DNA of 64,000 nt from Octopus sinensis (taxonomy: Eukaryota): positions 73,780,001 to 73,844,000 of the forward strand of contig NC_043008.1 in the NCBI RefSeq assembly GCF_006345805.1. Reading direction: 5' to 3'. Each line of letters begins with the position of its first letter. The stretch's first letter is position 1. Positions 24,324 through 40,175 of the stretch are shown here, piece by piece. The position numbers were made by a program, and so were the translations under genes. A model generated the notes under the pieces. That model searched no databases, had not been told where the DNA came from, and worked only from the letters and a program-made list of their open reading frames with translations.

Positions 24324-27300
24324 TATATAGTTAATATCCGTTATTATATATTATGGTTACATAATCATTAGTCTATACCAAAATATGACCATTACTTTTG
24401 AATTTAATTAAATTATAAACGTATGTTATGTGCACTTCATAAGCGCTAATGAAAATAAAAACTTTTAATTTCAATTAAATTTTAGGAATGTTTATTAATA
24501 TAGCACATATTAATGTCCTTCTTAAATAACAATGTGCAGGGCACATAATCACGTCCTGGCGAGAATTCGTGCCTTAATGTGTAATAGATTGTCTTATTTG
24601 GCATGTGCGCGTGTGTGTGAGTATATGTGTAGTTATATTTTATTAAAGAGTCCGTGCACACGGGTTGCAGACATTTCATGTCTGATCTAATTTAATCTCG
24701 TTAAAAGTTATTTGGTATCAAAGAAATACGATTAGTTTTCATCACGTTAATTCTCAACGTTAATTTCCAGTATGACGCTTAAAATTTTTCGCCTGCCACG
24801 TCTCCAAAATACACGACAATCCGTGTCCTTTTTGAAAATCGTGAATTTCCATGATGCATCCTCATATGATGCAGAAAGTCTCATAATTCACACACACACA
24901 TATTGCCTAATTTAACATAAGTCTGTTTTTATGAAAAAAGATAGAGTAATCACTTAACTTTGCTTTGTTAAAAAGTATAAAGTAGATCAATAGTTATGTG
25001 CCTGAGGTAATATGTAGACATTCCTGTACCAGAGACAGCAGTTCTATCAACTGGAGTGCGGTTTTTCACGTGTGCGCAGGTATCTAATTCCAATAACAAA
25101 AGTATGCAAGACTGAATATATAATATAAATATGTTCAATAATGAATTAACAGTATATTCATTTGTCATAGTATCATATATAAACCTAAACATCTGACATA
25201 TACTTAACAGTATTTTCTTACGAACCTTTACGTTCTGAGTTCAAATTCCAGTGAATTCAGTGTTGCTTTTCATCAATCAATATTCAATATAGCGTCACTC
25301 GTGCATTAGAGTTTGATATAATGGACAATTAAACTTAATCTATTTTTACTTGGCTTAACACCAACATCTGGTTTCTCTGGACTCTTTAGGAGAGTACACT
25401 GAAACCAGATCTCCCACAAATGCTGGAGGCCCTGAAAGTTCGAGTTATAGGCTTACTTTTCCCATCTTTAATTAAACTGTAAAATACTCGGATAGTTCTC
25501 CCATTCTCTACCATATAAAATAGCAGCAACAGTAAAAGCAAGAGCAGAATATAAAAAATGAAACTATTAATAAGCATGATTAATCACAATTTTTACTATC
25601 AAATACCGAGTAAAATTTGCGTTTTTGAGACCTTAAAATTCCGTTGAATAAATTATCTCCATTAACCTCACACGTTTCTCACTCGAATTTATATTCAGAT
25701 TTTAAGTTATACATTTCAATCGATTTACATTCAAGTAAAACTTATTCAAAATTATTTTCACTTCAGAAGAAAAAAATGTATGCACATTATCCAAACTAAA
25801 GATATGAACTGTTTTGAAGAGTTGGTACGAAGGAAGTGCTTAATATACGCAACGCCACTTGTGTATCAATAGTTTTTCTTACATATATAGATTTCATTAT
25901 AATGTTCATTCAGTCTTACAGGCTTTAACCTCAGGTTATTTCTGTAATTATTGAAACTATTGATTATTTCACAATTCACTACGCTAGTGTTTTTCGTTCC
26001 GTTTTATTGTTAATTTTTCTTTTTCTTTTTGCATATCACCCGTCTGACTCTTGTGAGTAAATTGCAAACTGGGAGCTCCAATTCTCTGGTGAAATTTATA
26101 GTTGTTTGACCCTCTTCATATAATTGCATTCTCTTCACACTGCTTCAAACCTCAAATTGATGTTGATGTTTAGTGTATAATGTATTCTTTATAAGCTTTT
26201 GAAATTTAATGTTTCATGATATTCTTTTTTTCTGTTTTAATGTTTGCAGAGCTCTACTAATGGTGAGTTCACAATGTGTAGAGTGCAGAACCAAATGTGC
26301 GTGGTAAGATATGTTCGCTTCAAGTAACATTTATAAATATCATACATTAATGAGGTTTTGGCCACATATGCCACAACTATTCTCTTCAACCTTTTTTTAA
26401 TTATATGTCTTTGAATATAACAAGAGACAGATCGATATAGGCTCACACATTCACTCACTCACTTGTACACATACACAAACTCACATACATATGCACGCAC
26501 GTACATATACTAAGGCTTCTTTAAAACATGGTAATGATAAATCATATGAGCCACCGAGTCGTAGTGACACAAATGAGGTTGATTAAGACTTTTTATTTTA
26601 TATACATACAATTAGACCCGATCTTGTCTCGGGTTAAAAACGTCATTTCGTTAGAGGTTATCAGAAACTAGAATTTTTATGTTTGTTATTTGTGTCTGTT
26701 ATGTCCCTTATTATTTTATAGAGAAACATGAATATCCCATTATGTATGGCAAATAGTGAGACTTTGGAAAACGTTAACTGTGCTTAAATATACAATACAC
26801 CACACAGCATACAACGTAATACAATTTTTCATATTTACATATCTTAGCTTTCTAGCAACTGATAATGTTACACATTGTTTAGGTATTGTAAATACAATCT
26901 GATTAAACCATTTTATTAAGAGATTATATGAAATACTATGAATTCTGATGAATTTTACTATATCTTTTGGAGAACTTTTCTGACTAATGTCCCTCAGTCG
27001 ATTACAGAAATAGACATAATCAAAATATTTATGTAAATTTTCTCTGGCGGCTGATTGAACATATTTCAAGAGAAGAGTAGGAATTGTGTCTCCGAAAAGA
27101 TTTTGCTAGCTAGAGATTGTATAACATTATCGAGACTGCGCTGCTGTACACTATATTACAGGTCTATCTATCTTTTAGCCACCTATTGTGGTATATGTTG
27201 TATTACGCGTGACCTCACGGTTAGGCAACTGGACGGACAATTATGTGGTAGAAGGCTCATTTTCTGATTTAGATTGTGCGTTGTGATCTTATGCAAAGTA

Positions 27301-30300
27301 TTTCAGTTCACGTTGCTCCATTCTACTCAGCTGAGCCCTGAATACAGCCCTCTCACATTAAGGTGTCACTTCCTGGATGCTCCTCTTTATCACGTGTGTC
27401 GAGAAGGTGCTTATGTCTGCTCTCGACGACATAGACATATAAAACAATTCGTGAAAGCAAGGTACAAATTGACCATTCATTGCCGATTTAGTATCTATAT
27501 TGGCTCGTAATGATAGGAAAAGACACGCGTCACAGGTAATAAAATTCTCATTTCTTTCAGTATACCCAATTTTATATGCCAATTTCCTTGCTATATTCTT
27601 AGTGTTAAACTAAAGCGCGTTGCCAGTAAATGTTTCAGTTTCAGACAAAGAGTAGTGCTATTAAAATGATGTGACCGGATGTTCTTTTATTTAAATATAT
27701 CTGCGAAGTATGAATCGATGCCAGTAGTAGCAACAGGAGAACACATATATAATAAATATGTATAATCACAGACGCAATATAACATACAGAGATAAACATA
27801 AGAATAGCAGTTACCATTCAATTTTGAATTGAGATACTAAAGAAATTGGAACGGTTAGCTTGTGAAAAATGCAACATTTCTAATAGACAAACGTTAGTTT
27901 ACACAAAATTGAAATCACGTCTGTGGAGTAAATGCTAGTATTTAATGTTCGTTTCTACATTTTCCTTTTAACATTACTTGCCTGCAGTGTGTCACCTACG
28001 TTATTTTAGCTCCTTAAGATATTCTGTTGGATGATTATTGCTTCTATATTGATTGAACAAGTTCATGTTCTGCAATCATAGTTTACTTGTTCGTCACACA
28101 TGAAGTTAACTTTTTATGAATTATGAAGAAGACATAAATGATGTGCTTGGCTCGCGATTTCTTGGACGAGTGCCTCGAAGGACCTGTTATTAGCAAATTG
28201 GATTTTACAGCTCAATATTAACAATTCTTCAAAGTTATTATTTGTCTCCACTCCTTTTGAACTGATTTCCAAATGTTTTCATAGTTGTAAAAATAAAAAC
28301 AATATGACACATATTATTCCTGACGAAAATAAAATAAGGTAAGAAATAAATATAATAAAGTGGACAACATTAACATACATAAGCTGTAGCTTTACGTATG
28401 GAACAATCTTTACGTCGATAACTGTTATCGACTTCAAATTGTCAGATAATTGAATTTTAACTAAGAAAAAAAGAATTAAATAATTTATGCTGTTATGTTA
28501 CTCACTATTGTAGTTTAAAGTGCGCAATTTAGAAATATAAATGATAGGTGGCACCTGATTAATTAGAGCAAGACGGAAATGTTGGCTTTCGACATTATTT
28601 ACTGTCTGATAAATAGTGTCTGCTTCCCTCCCTATCTCTTTAACCATTAACATTTCTCCATGAAGGTTCCAAACTGGCACCGTTTCACCAAAAATTTGTG
28701 ATTCTTTTATCTTTGTTGCCTCAACTACAAATCATTTGCGATACTGATTTTTGAGATATAAATTTGTTTGGCTATCATTCTAAATATATTCGGCTGATCG
28801 AGAATATTTGGCACAACTCCTGCTTTTCATTTCTTTCTTTTGCGTCATCAGTTTCTGCCTCTTTTCTTTTATCTCTTATTATTTCGGTTTGTTCTGTAAT
28901 TGATTTCTATGTTATCTTTCACTTTGTCTTATCTACTTTTTCCAAAATGTTCCATGAACGTAATGATAGAATACTGCGCAGTGTCACTGGTCAGAAGTTA
29001 TATGTCGTTTTACAGAGTTAGCGAAAATTTCATTACTTTTCTCAGATTATATTTTCTTGTGTCTTGCCTATTTAGAGAAATATAATTTATAGAAATAGAA
29101 ACTTGATATATAAGACGAAACATAATTAGGGGTTTAACGGGATAAAAATTAGTTAACAGAAATTGTCTTTAACAAGAATGGCCAATATTATGTAGCAAAT
29201 TGCACAATATCAAATATATACATTATGCCACTACCTGGAAGTATATGTATACACGCACATTGTCTTACAGTTGAAAGATTGTGATGATTAACGTCTTTCT
29301 TGCCATTCAACTCGCATAGTGAGGATACGTATCGTTCGTTCTTCTGATTTCTTTGCTTGACATATTCGTCCAAGTCCTTGACAAGTGTATTTTGTGGTTA
29401 CACTAACATTTGGTATTTCATTTGCATCGCAGTCGACTATTTTATCCTAAAAGATTTATGCATTAATTTTATTTTAAAGTAATTAGATCTATGTCAATTT
29501 TCTACTTATTGTGTCCTTGTCAATAATCATGGACATAGTGTTTCTTGTTCTTTTGTTTTCCACCCCAGGCGTTAAATTTCAATTATGTGTATCTGATGCG
29601 TCTTGCTTCCATATGTATCAATTCTTTAACATGCCCCTAAAATGCATAATTCTCATAGGCGTCCAAACTACTAGAATCCTTCGTGAAACGTTTGATAAAG
29701 GACTAATTTTTGTTTAAGTGTTTCCTTTGTGCCGCCTCCCATCTGTTTTTAATTGACTTTACATATTCTGGAGATTAATGATTACAGTCGCACAACGGCA
29801 CATTTTCTCACTTCTGCTCTAATTGCTGTGACTCTTCTTTACTTAATCGTTCTTACATTTCCTTCATTGTGTTACCGGTTCAGGATTCTCATTGACATAG
29901 TAGAACAGTTGCAAACTTGAGAGAATGTACTGTACAGTTGATTCCGTAATTTTTATGGACAGAATTAAAATTCCTCTAAAAAAATATAATTGTTAACCTT
30001 TCTTTCTCAATCTCTCTCGTTCTCTTTCTCTCACACACATACACACACATATATACACACACACATATATATATATATAAACGTATGTATGTATGTATGT
30101 ATGTATGTATGTATGTATGTGCGTATGCATATATATCCACCAATGCAGTTTCGACCACTTATTTTCATCGATTGACATTTGCGTATCAATGCTTCCGACC
30201 TCCTCAAACACCGGTTAAACACTAAACACGAAAAGAGAATCAAAACAAACCATGGAAAAAACACGAAATAAGAACATCGTTGAAAAATATACGAGAATTT

Positions 30301-31095
30301 CCGCAAATTCAACGAGACTTCCTGCTTTAATTCAAAATGGATACGAAAACCATTCCGTCGTGTGGTCGGCTTGAAAAGTTGTTACGATATTAAAATAGTT
30401 TTCTATTTTTCTTAACATGAATCCAATGGTAGCCGTAATACACAAATAGAGAAATTCCATCTATCAATGCTGTGTTATACACTCATTTTTATCGTTCGAC
30501 GTTTACGTATATGTATATTTATGTGTGTGTGTTTATATAGGAGTATGTGTGTGTATGTATGTGTGTATGCATGTATAGGCATTCATACACACATATATAT
30601 TAAAACGCTAATTATATGTGATAATATTTCAAAGTGGGTGACAGTAAGTGTTACTCGACTGGTTTGCACGATAAAACTCTGTCCATACACAAATCTGTCT
30701 TTTCAGAATTTCTTTACTATAGAATTTATATATACAAACAAATGCTTAGAAAAAAACTTTAAATTCTATTTTGTTCCAAGAATTTATTTCAAATTTCAAA
30801 GGATCCATGTTTTCTCCATTAGTTTGTTTTGTTTTCTTAATAAGAAATCTCGTCTCTTTTCCATCCATCTTTTAGTCGTATTGAAATACAATTCTGACAT
30901 CTTTTTATATTTTTGAAACAATTTATCATAATTATTTTTTCATTTACTTTCTTTTTCTGTCTTACTTGATACAACTGAGTCAGTTTTATTCGATTCATCA
31001 CGTAGTTATTATTTATACGATATCCTTATTCGAAAGTATATTACCCAAAACAGTTTTTGTTTTGTGTATACAAATATATATATATATAATATATA

Positions 31096-31139
<44 letters not shown>

Positions 31140-33780
31140 ATACATATACATATATACATATACATATATATAGAGAGAGATACAGACATATACATTCTAT
31201 ACAAATATATACAGAGAGACAGACACAGGCGTATATAAATTACATACACATGTGTATATGCGTGTATGTGTGTGTGTGTGTGTGCGCACGCGCGTGCACG
31301 TGTGTGTGTGTGTGATCAGAATTCTGTTTTTAATCATGCATCGTTATTAAAAATAGTGAGTTCTCGAATTATCTTCGTGTAGAAATAATTTATAAAGAAG
31401 AATTTTCTTTCTCTCATTAAAACAAAACTAAAAGCGTAACAAAACCATTAAGAAATGACTTTCTTTATATCGAACCAAAATAATAAGAATTACCGTGTTT
31501 CCCTGGAGCATAAAACAGAACACTTTTGTATACAGCTGCATCTGAAGTAGCACTGTTTTACTTTCAGGTCCACACTTCGAGTTATTTCAAGCGTTCGTCT
31601 AAAGATGGTGCCATACGATTAATAGGTAAACGTCCCAGATTTGTTTAGAGGTGAGGAGTGACTAAAAAGAGACGATATACTATACCTCTCAGGTTGAGCT
31701 AAGTCTAAAGGATTTTTGATGCAATGCATTCCAAACATGCCGATCGCGTCTTAGTTTATGAAAACATTTTTTTTTGTTTTGGGAGATTCGTATTTCATAT
31801 AGTTGTTAGCTGAAACTGGGTGATTTGAAATCACTGGTTTGCTTTTTCTACTCAGACGAGTAAAGGCCTTCTCTTTATATCATCGGTAAATACGATTTTT
31901 GTAGCAACAAGGCAGCCTTGACGTTTGACCGTAGGTTTACCAACCGTGACCATTCTGCCTACATAGCATGTCATCTAAGAACGTGGATGAAATGGGTAAA
32001 AAACTGTTGCGAAGGAAACCTTGTGGGGGTGACGAAGTTATTCGCAAAACAAAGGAGTGGTATGAGGTCTGAAATTATATTTACAGTTAGTGTTAATAAC
32101 AAGAGAACATACTCTGTATCGAATTATAGGCACCGTTGATTTTATTTACAGCAAGATGAAGATGGCTGTTGGGATTTCAATGTCTTTCCCCCTGGTGTAA
32201 CATAATGTAGCAGACCATAAGCTGCCTCTAGCAACAGAATCATCTTTATTATCCTCAAAACACTTGAACAGTTTCATGTTTGAAAAATGACATACTGAAG
32301 AACAGTGAAATATTTTTGTAGGACTATAGATCATTGATATTAAATGTAGCTGCGAAAAATATTCCTTTAGTTTGTGTTTATTTTATTCAGTAGTAGGAAT
32401 ATGGTTTTAATGATACTCATTTTTATAATAGTCGTCGTGAATTGTAATTACACATTACATCGCCTATCCATCGATAGCCGCCAAAAGGTTTGTCGCTTTG
32501 TTTTGCAAGCACGTTGATTGTCTGCCACAGCATAGTGTTTTTGTTTCTGTAGATGTTTAGGGTATTGTACAGAATAAATAGTAGCCGTATTGGAGCAGAG
32601 GTTTTGTATTATTTCATCTATGTGGAAATAGGTGGATTTCAGCATACGATGGTGATGATTGTAGATGTGCTCTTAAGTGTTCTACGAGTTTCTGCGTTTT
32701 TGGACGTGAATACACTTGTTATATTATAGTATGTTTTTTATGCGTTCAAATTTTTAGATTTCACTGAAATTGTCATAACTAATAAGGGATCAAGTCTGTT
32801 TTACTTGCCATGTTATAACAAACTTGCCCTAAAAATTGAGTGTAATATTGTAACTGTAATTTTGTATCTGCATTCAACTTCTGTCAAATAGATTTGTCAC
32901 ATGCGGGTAACCACCGTACTAACTGCTTTCAGACGAGAGTACTGCACACTCCAGAACAATACATTTGGCGGCACACGGTAGTTCATTATGCATGTTATAA
33001 CGCCATTGTCCAAACCAATATTGCATAGTTTGCTTGTTATTAAGGTCATAATTATCATCAATTATCGACCGTGTCCTCCTCAACATCGGTGTTGTCATCA
33101 TCCTAATCATTCATTATTCTCGTCATTGCAATGGTAAGTGTTGACAACAAGAGGATTTAAGCAAGATTTAACAACAAAAAATGTCAACATTATAACACCA
33201 CAGATATTCCAAGAGAAACAAATTTCGTCAAAGGATTTAAATTGCTAAATTATGATTTACTCTTCACTATTTGGAATATTCCATACACATACATACATAC
33301 ATATATATGCACACACACACACACACACACATACAAACACACATATATGTGTGTGTGTGTGTGTGTGTTTTCATTATTTTGTGCTGTTTTTCTTGTCTGA
33401 TATCTACTTTCGCATAATGGTTCACACACACACGCATGTATACATACAATACATATGTATGAACATACAAGCAGTAACCGATACATACTCCATGTATTGA
33501 TAGATATCTGCATTTATCGAAATGAGAATAAATTAATACAAATACGTCGATAACATGAAAAATGAAACCAAAATTATTCCGTTTATTTGTCGTCCACCGA
33601 CAAACTATAATAATATTTTTCAAAGTTAGGAAATTATCAATAAATTGAAAGTAATTTCTCTGTCATCCATTAACACATGCAGAGGAATTTTAGCGGCGGC
33701 TCTTCAATGTAAATGGACGCTGGGTTTTATACTGATTAAAACTAAGTGCTTTATTGAAATATTGGCTGCATCTGTTATTT

Positions 33781-33874
33781 ATAGGTGATGCCGCATGAAA
33801 AGCCTTTTCAAAGCTAGTTTCATATTGTGTGTTTCTCCATTACTGGGAAAAACTATACCCAGCTCCCCAACTCT
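33781..33874 (+). repeat. 94-bp unique-looking segment duplicated at 37308-37400
   Basis: Two mismatches between the copies on direct comparison. Confidence 0.95.
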
Positions 33875-34412
33875 TATTAAAGATGTCTCGTGATGTTATT
33901 TTATCTAATTTGTAACTCATAACTAGTAATTTTAGACGATATTACTTTAAAGATCAAAAGTTTTCAGTTGCTAATGGATGGATGCTAGAAACGCAGTGTT
34001 TTTGTAAAAATATTTCAACAACAAAACAACACTAAGATTTCTATATTGTCTTTAATACATTGAGCAAACATTTCTAAAGAAATATGTTACCGGATCTGTT
34101 GATGCAATCATTTAAAATACACATACATACACACACATATAAACTACTTATCTTAAAGAGTTAGGCTATAATAATAAATGTTGTAGTAAAACAATTTTGG
34201 ATGGACTTCTAACCCAACTACACCCCCAAACATACGCACAGACGAATTCGTATATATATGTTTGTGTGTATGCGTGTGTCAGTGCGTGTCTGTGTGTATG
34301 TACGTATAAATATATACATATATGTATGTATACACATATACACAAAGCTTTACATTCAGATGCATACACCACGATGCACTTACCAATACACGCAAACATT
34401 ATACAAACATAC

Positions 34413-34460
<48 letters not shown>

Positions 34461-34461
34461 G

Positions 34462-34565
<104 letters not shown>

Positions 34566-35699
34566 CATGTGTGTGTGTGTGCATGTTGGTTTTGCAGTAT
34601 TATTTCTACGCAACCAGATGCAAATATTTTCGATTCTAAGAATTTAATTGATTTTTGCAGTCACTATGGCTGCAAACTTTTGTTTTGATGACATACAAAA
34701 ATCTAACCAATTATATTACATCTTTTAGTTGTTGCGTCCGCTGCCTCTGATCTTCATCTTCCTGCCTCAGAAATGCTTGCTTCCGTTGATGTTACTCTGC
34801 TGAGCCTATAATTTATTTTCAAAACATTTATCATCGTATTTATTTCATTTCTTTTATTTGCTTTTTTCTCATTTCATCTCTTTTTCCCTTGTTTTTATTC
34901 CAGTAACAATGCCGTACCATTCTCTTGAAATCGTCACATAAATCATTCTACCTTTAAAAGGCTTTCTCTGTGATTTATACATTTTAATTATACCATTTCT
35001 AAACCCCACCCTTTTAGTTTTATTGAAGTCGAATCAATTTAAAATATTTTTTTCTATTCTATTCTATTTGTTTCGTTTTGTTCTGGTAGTATTTTGTGTG
35101 CATATGTGTACGGACGTGTATGTGTGTGTATACGTTAGCATTTATTCTTGTATATCTATTTGTGCGTGTGTAAGCGTATGTGTATGTGTGTATGTGTGTA
35201 TGTGTATGTGTGTATGCGTGTGTCTAAGTTTCATTATTGCAGTAAAACAGACGCATTTTGCTGCAAGTATGTTAATAGAGAAATATTAACAAAACTGATG
35301 TTGTTGTTATTGTTGTTACACTTTTTGTTACTGGTGTTTCATGTTGTTGATGTTATTATTGAGATTGTTTCGACATGATTTTGATGTTGTTAATGTTGTT
35401 GTAGCTGTCAACATCGTCGTCTTCGTCGTCATTACACCAGCATCGAGTGGCCGGGATTTCTGTGGTTATTTTCGGCCTTTATCTCTGTTTGATTTTATTG
35501 CTGAAACAGTTACCAATATAATTATAGTTAATTTTCCAATTGCTTTTGATCTTATCTTACCATTTTCGCTGCTAGCCTGTTTTACTTCTTCAGGATTTTG
35601 TTAATTTAATTTCTACATACAAAATTCTGGTCAGTCTAACAAGCTTTAGAAGCTGTCAGTTGGTGTACACCTTATGTAAGCTGGGCTGAATTCGATGTA

Positions 35700-36539
35700 A
35701 TAAATCTATAATAAAAATATAGTTGAATGAGAGTGGTAAGCATGCTCCCTTTACTTTAACTATGTTCGTCAGTCTCAGATACCTTTCAACAATTCTGTTG
35801 GGTAATAGCAATTTCCTCTCAACTCGCATTTGCCTTTTCAAGTAGAAATTGAAAATATAATGAGGGCTTGACCAAAGAGGTGGGCATCTGTCTTTTCCAT
35901 TACATAGCAGCTTTCGCCAGAAACCGCAAAGGAAATGCAAAAACAAAACGGCCTTTTCCTTATCAAGAATTACAGATATGTCGAAGAGATGAACTGAAAC
36001 GGCAATCGCATCTACCACATCTGCTCATAGTCAAGGAATCGCGAAGATGTCCCAGCCTTAATTAATGCCTACCCATAAATCAACCTGTTCTGCCGCAAAT
36101 CCGTAAACAGCAGAAGAGAAACCAGGTGCTCTAGTTTGGTTAGGGGTGAACAGGGATAGTACTCAATGACGGTCAGGTGGTAATAGATAACGGAGGCGTT
36201 GTAGTTACTCATCACTCCCCCAACCCTTCAATTATAGTTTCGCTTTGATCCATTTCAGAATGAGAATAGTCACTTGCTTATCACCTCATCGCGGTTCACC
36301 TTCCCTTGGAGATCTGAACCAAATCAGAGAAATTTAACTGGTCTGTCTGTTCTACGCGGCACGACGTTGTTAGATGGTTAGGACTTGCCTCTCCAGATAC
36401 CGAGCTGCATATACAATAACGTTTACTTCTTAATTTTAGCTTCTGTTACAGCCCTGTTGGCTCTGAGCGGGATCGATTTGGTCTTGGAGTCCGTTTGAAC
36501 GGAGGTCATCTGCATCTAATTCTGCAGAGAAGTAAGTCT

Positions 36540-36601
<62 letters not shown>

Positions 36602-37880
36602 GGGGGGGGGGGTGTATGTGTAAAGAAAATACTAGAGGGATAAAACTTTGATGAACCGAGACCGAGTACATAATAATGAACGGTTTTGATTGGTCACCAT
36701 TTACACTAATCACTGAGCATATGTCACCGAAAACTGCAGTGATCTAGCTCATGATGACAAGATCGAAACTGACTGCCATATAGTTAGCTTCCCAGTTTCA
36801 GTGGTCTATCCTAGGCTTTCTACTGATTTAAGTTGATCAGGGACTCATCCGATTAGGTACCGCATTAATTCTCTCATTGATGTGTCAGATGAAGTGGAAG
36901 TTGTCGTGGATAAACGATGGTTAATATCTGCGCATCACCAGTCTCCAAGGATAAGCAGCATTTTCGCTAACACCATGACCTAAGTCTTGAAATCTTTTTT
37001 TAGTAAAATTAAGGAGCGAAAATTATTAAGGTGATTCCTCTTGGACGGGTTATTTCTTAGCATCAGTACCGTCCCTTGGTTCATAGAAGTGAAAATATCC
37101 CCATGCTACAGCCATGTGTGGTAAATATCTGCCAAGAGGTCATCTAACTAGTCTGACATAAGTGTTACACTCGTAGCGCGGATCATCTGAATCAGGCAAT
37201 ACTCCATTACGCAACTAGCCATTGCTTTCCGTATTTTGGTGGCAATTATCGGCTTTTTGCAACATACGCCTCCCTTGCCCAGAGTCGAGACTATCAAGAT
37301 TGGACTTATAGGTGATGCCGCATGAAAAGCCTTTTCAAAGCTAGTTTCATATTGTGTGTATCTCCATTACTGGGAAAAACTATCCCCAGCTCCCCAACTC
37401 CCCAACTCTATCAAGATTGAACTTGAGATGCATCCTTCTATTAAACCCGTTAGATCTCTGGAGCAACCCACTGAGGTGTGGCTAAACTGCAGCCCATTTC
37501 TGCTTCCTATCACGTCGCGTGCGTTCATCTTGGTCTACCAAACACCGAATTGTGGTTTGTTGTAATGCCACAGCAATTCGGGTCAATCGGATACCATTTG
37601 TATCTTCGTGAGTCAGAGCATGCAGCTTATCTTTAACAACGCGGCCATCCTGCTTCACCATGAATAATAGGTCTAAGATAATTTTTTCTGCAAACACGTC
37701 GGCTGCAATGCCTGCCTTTAAGTATTTTTAAGTTTCTAATTAAGTCACCCTTAATTTTTCACTATTGCCAATTCTTTACTAAACATTATCTGCTTTAATT
37801 GGCCTTATCTAGGCGATCCCCGCCAACGTCCACTTAACTTCCATAATGCGGTCTGCATAAGCTTGACACGGGAATGTTTC
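35700..37880 (-). mobile_element. L1/Tx1-type LINE ORF2 fossil, interrupted by a microsatellite (36540-36612) and a 100-bp insert (37308-37407)
   Basis: Minus frames give TTIRCLVDQD, NFRSLILL..KT.VMVLAKML, MRYLI..LINLNQ.KA.DR, and FNFYLKRQMRVERKLL at the C-terminus. Confidence 0.75.
37308..37407 (+). repeat. Inserted copy of 33781-33874 flanked by a 17-bp direct repeat
   Basis: ctatcaagattggactt (37291-37307) and ctatcaagattgaactt (37408-37424) flank the insert. Confidence 0.9.
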
Positions 37881-40092
37881 TATAAATATGTAAATAAAAA
37901 CGACAAGATCAAAGGAAAATTCATTTATAAGAATCTTCAATTTTTTTAGTTTTGGGTTCATCTGTTTTCTCTTTCGTTTAAACTATCAAATAGGGATAAG
38001 GTCTCAATAACGTGATAATATTTAAATATCTTAATTTGAATAGCAACAAGGAAACCCAAGAATAATCAATATTCTTTGGATCCGCGAGAAGTTTGGAAGG
38101 TTTTGCTTCGATACGATTATATGGATTTGATTTCAATTTATCTATTTCAATTGATCCATTATTAATGACCGACATGAAACCACAGTTCTTCAAGTGCAGA
38201 ATAGCTTTCCCAAGTATCAGTAGTCGTAAGCTTGTGAAGTCTCTGACAGATCTCTAAGTTATTTTATTCTGACTTGTTGAATACAGACCTGTATAAAACA
38301 ATTGCTCCGAATGATTTATGTTAAGATATCGCTTCAGCAATCAATATAATATAATTGCATATATTATCGAACAAATAAAGTGGAGGCTGCCATTTGTTTA
38401 GTTTACTGTTGAAATCCGGTACATTAGTATAAAATATCGGCAGACGTTTTGGGATCACCTGTTCATGGATTCATCAGCGCATGTTTGTCATGAATGCTTT
38501 AGCTCAAATGTGCGCCATTTGAATACGGAAGATGTAACAAGAAAGAAACCGTGATCTTTATTCGACTAAATGAAACATCAAGTAAGTTGTTGATATATAG
38601 GAAAAATGTATGGCTGAAAAAAGTTAAAGCTAGAGACGAGCGGAATTGATGAAATATTAGCAGAACTCTAAAATGTATTGAAAATAAAAGATAAAGTGTG
38701 AGAATCAGAGAGGACTCAATCAGGATTGACAATGTCTAAGTCAAAGAGAGAACACCAAGATTCAAGAAAGGGTCGAGGATGGGTTCAAAAAGGAGAGAAG
38801 ATGCCATTACTGCACCATAATAAAGTTTAGATCACTAAAGAAACGTCGCAGTACACCGGAATTGATGAAATAGCAGCATTGCTCTACAGGTGTGACCCGT
38901 ACTCTAGATTGTGGCTTGGGATAAAAGAGGGAACTAATATAAGGGGACAAAATGGAAGAATAATTGTTTGGGGACATATTTTTAGAGAATTTATAAGAAA
39001 TGAATATATAATTTGAAAGCAATCGGAACTCGTATCAACATCCTTTGTTGGTGCGTTTATACAACGTGTAGGATATATGACAGTGTTCATAAGGTGATGA
39101 CTAAGGGGTGATATATAGGAATGAATGGAAAAACTAAAGAAATGTGTGTATGCATGAATTGAAGCATGATTTATTAAACAAATGATTGTCCTAGATAGAT
39201 AATTGTAGACAAATTCTTCATGGATGTGTGCATAAAGAACAGGAATGCGTGTCGGAAGTATGGCTTTAAGGATAGTTGCGTGGACAGAGAATTTGAAATT
39301 CTATTAAGTTAGGAAACTCAACGTTCATATATCGAAACCAGATGACAGGTGTCAGACGATGGGATTATTCAGCAATCCATGATCAGTAACAGTACCGAAA
39401 TAAATTGGTTTGAATCTGCCAATCAGTGTTTTATATGAAAACCTGGTATCAATTTCAGATTTAAGGAATTGCATGACAAAATTGTAATAGATGTGTGTAT
39501 GTTAGCAGTGGGGCTAAATATAGGAAATGGTATCCATCAGAATACTAATCTTTTCCAAGGTTACATAAGACGTACATTTACAATTCCATAAAAGGAGACC
39601 AATGAGATTTTATAGCTGCCTTAATGTGTGTGTTTCTCTTGTATGCCTACTCATACACATATATAAACATCCACACACATAGACATACACACTCATATAT
39701 ACGCAATTATATACGGATGTGTATGTGTATATTTGCAGAAATGAACAAAGAGTGCACAGAGATATTTTGGTATATGCACATGCACACGCGTATACAAAGA
39801 GACACATAAATATATAAGACATAGAGAGAGTTTCTTATCAGCTTACTTTTCGTCAGATAATTCTTAGTTTCATTTCATTTCGTAATCTCCTTAAAAATAA
39901 TCGATTATTCATTAATAGAAACACCCTACCACCACCACCATCACCACCACCACCATTCATACACACACTTATCAGCATACGAGTGTTCGTCCGCACAGAT
40001 ATGCAAATGTCTATATATCCTTGCGTAAATATATACATATATCTATATGCATGTCTTCACATATTTGTGCATACACACGTATGTATCTCCGC

Positions 40093-40175
<83 letters not shown>

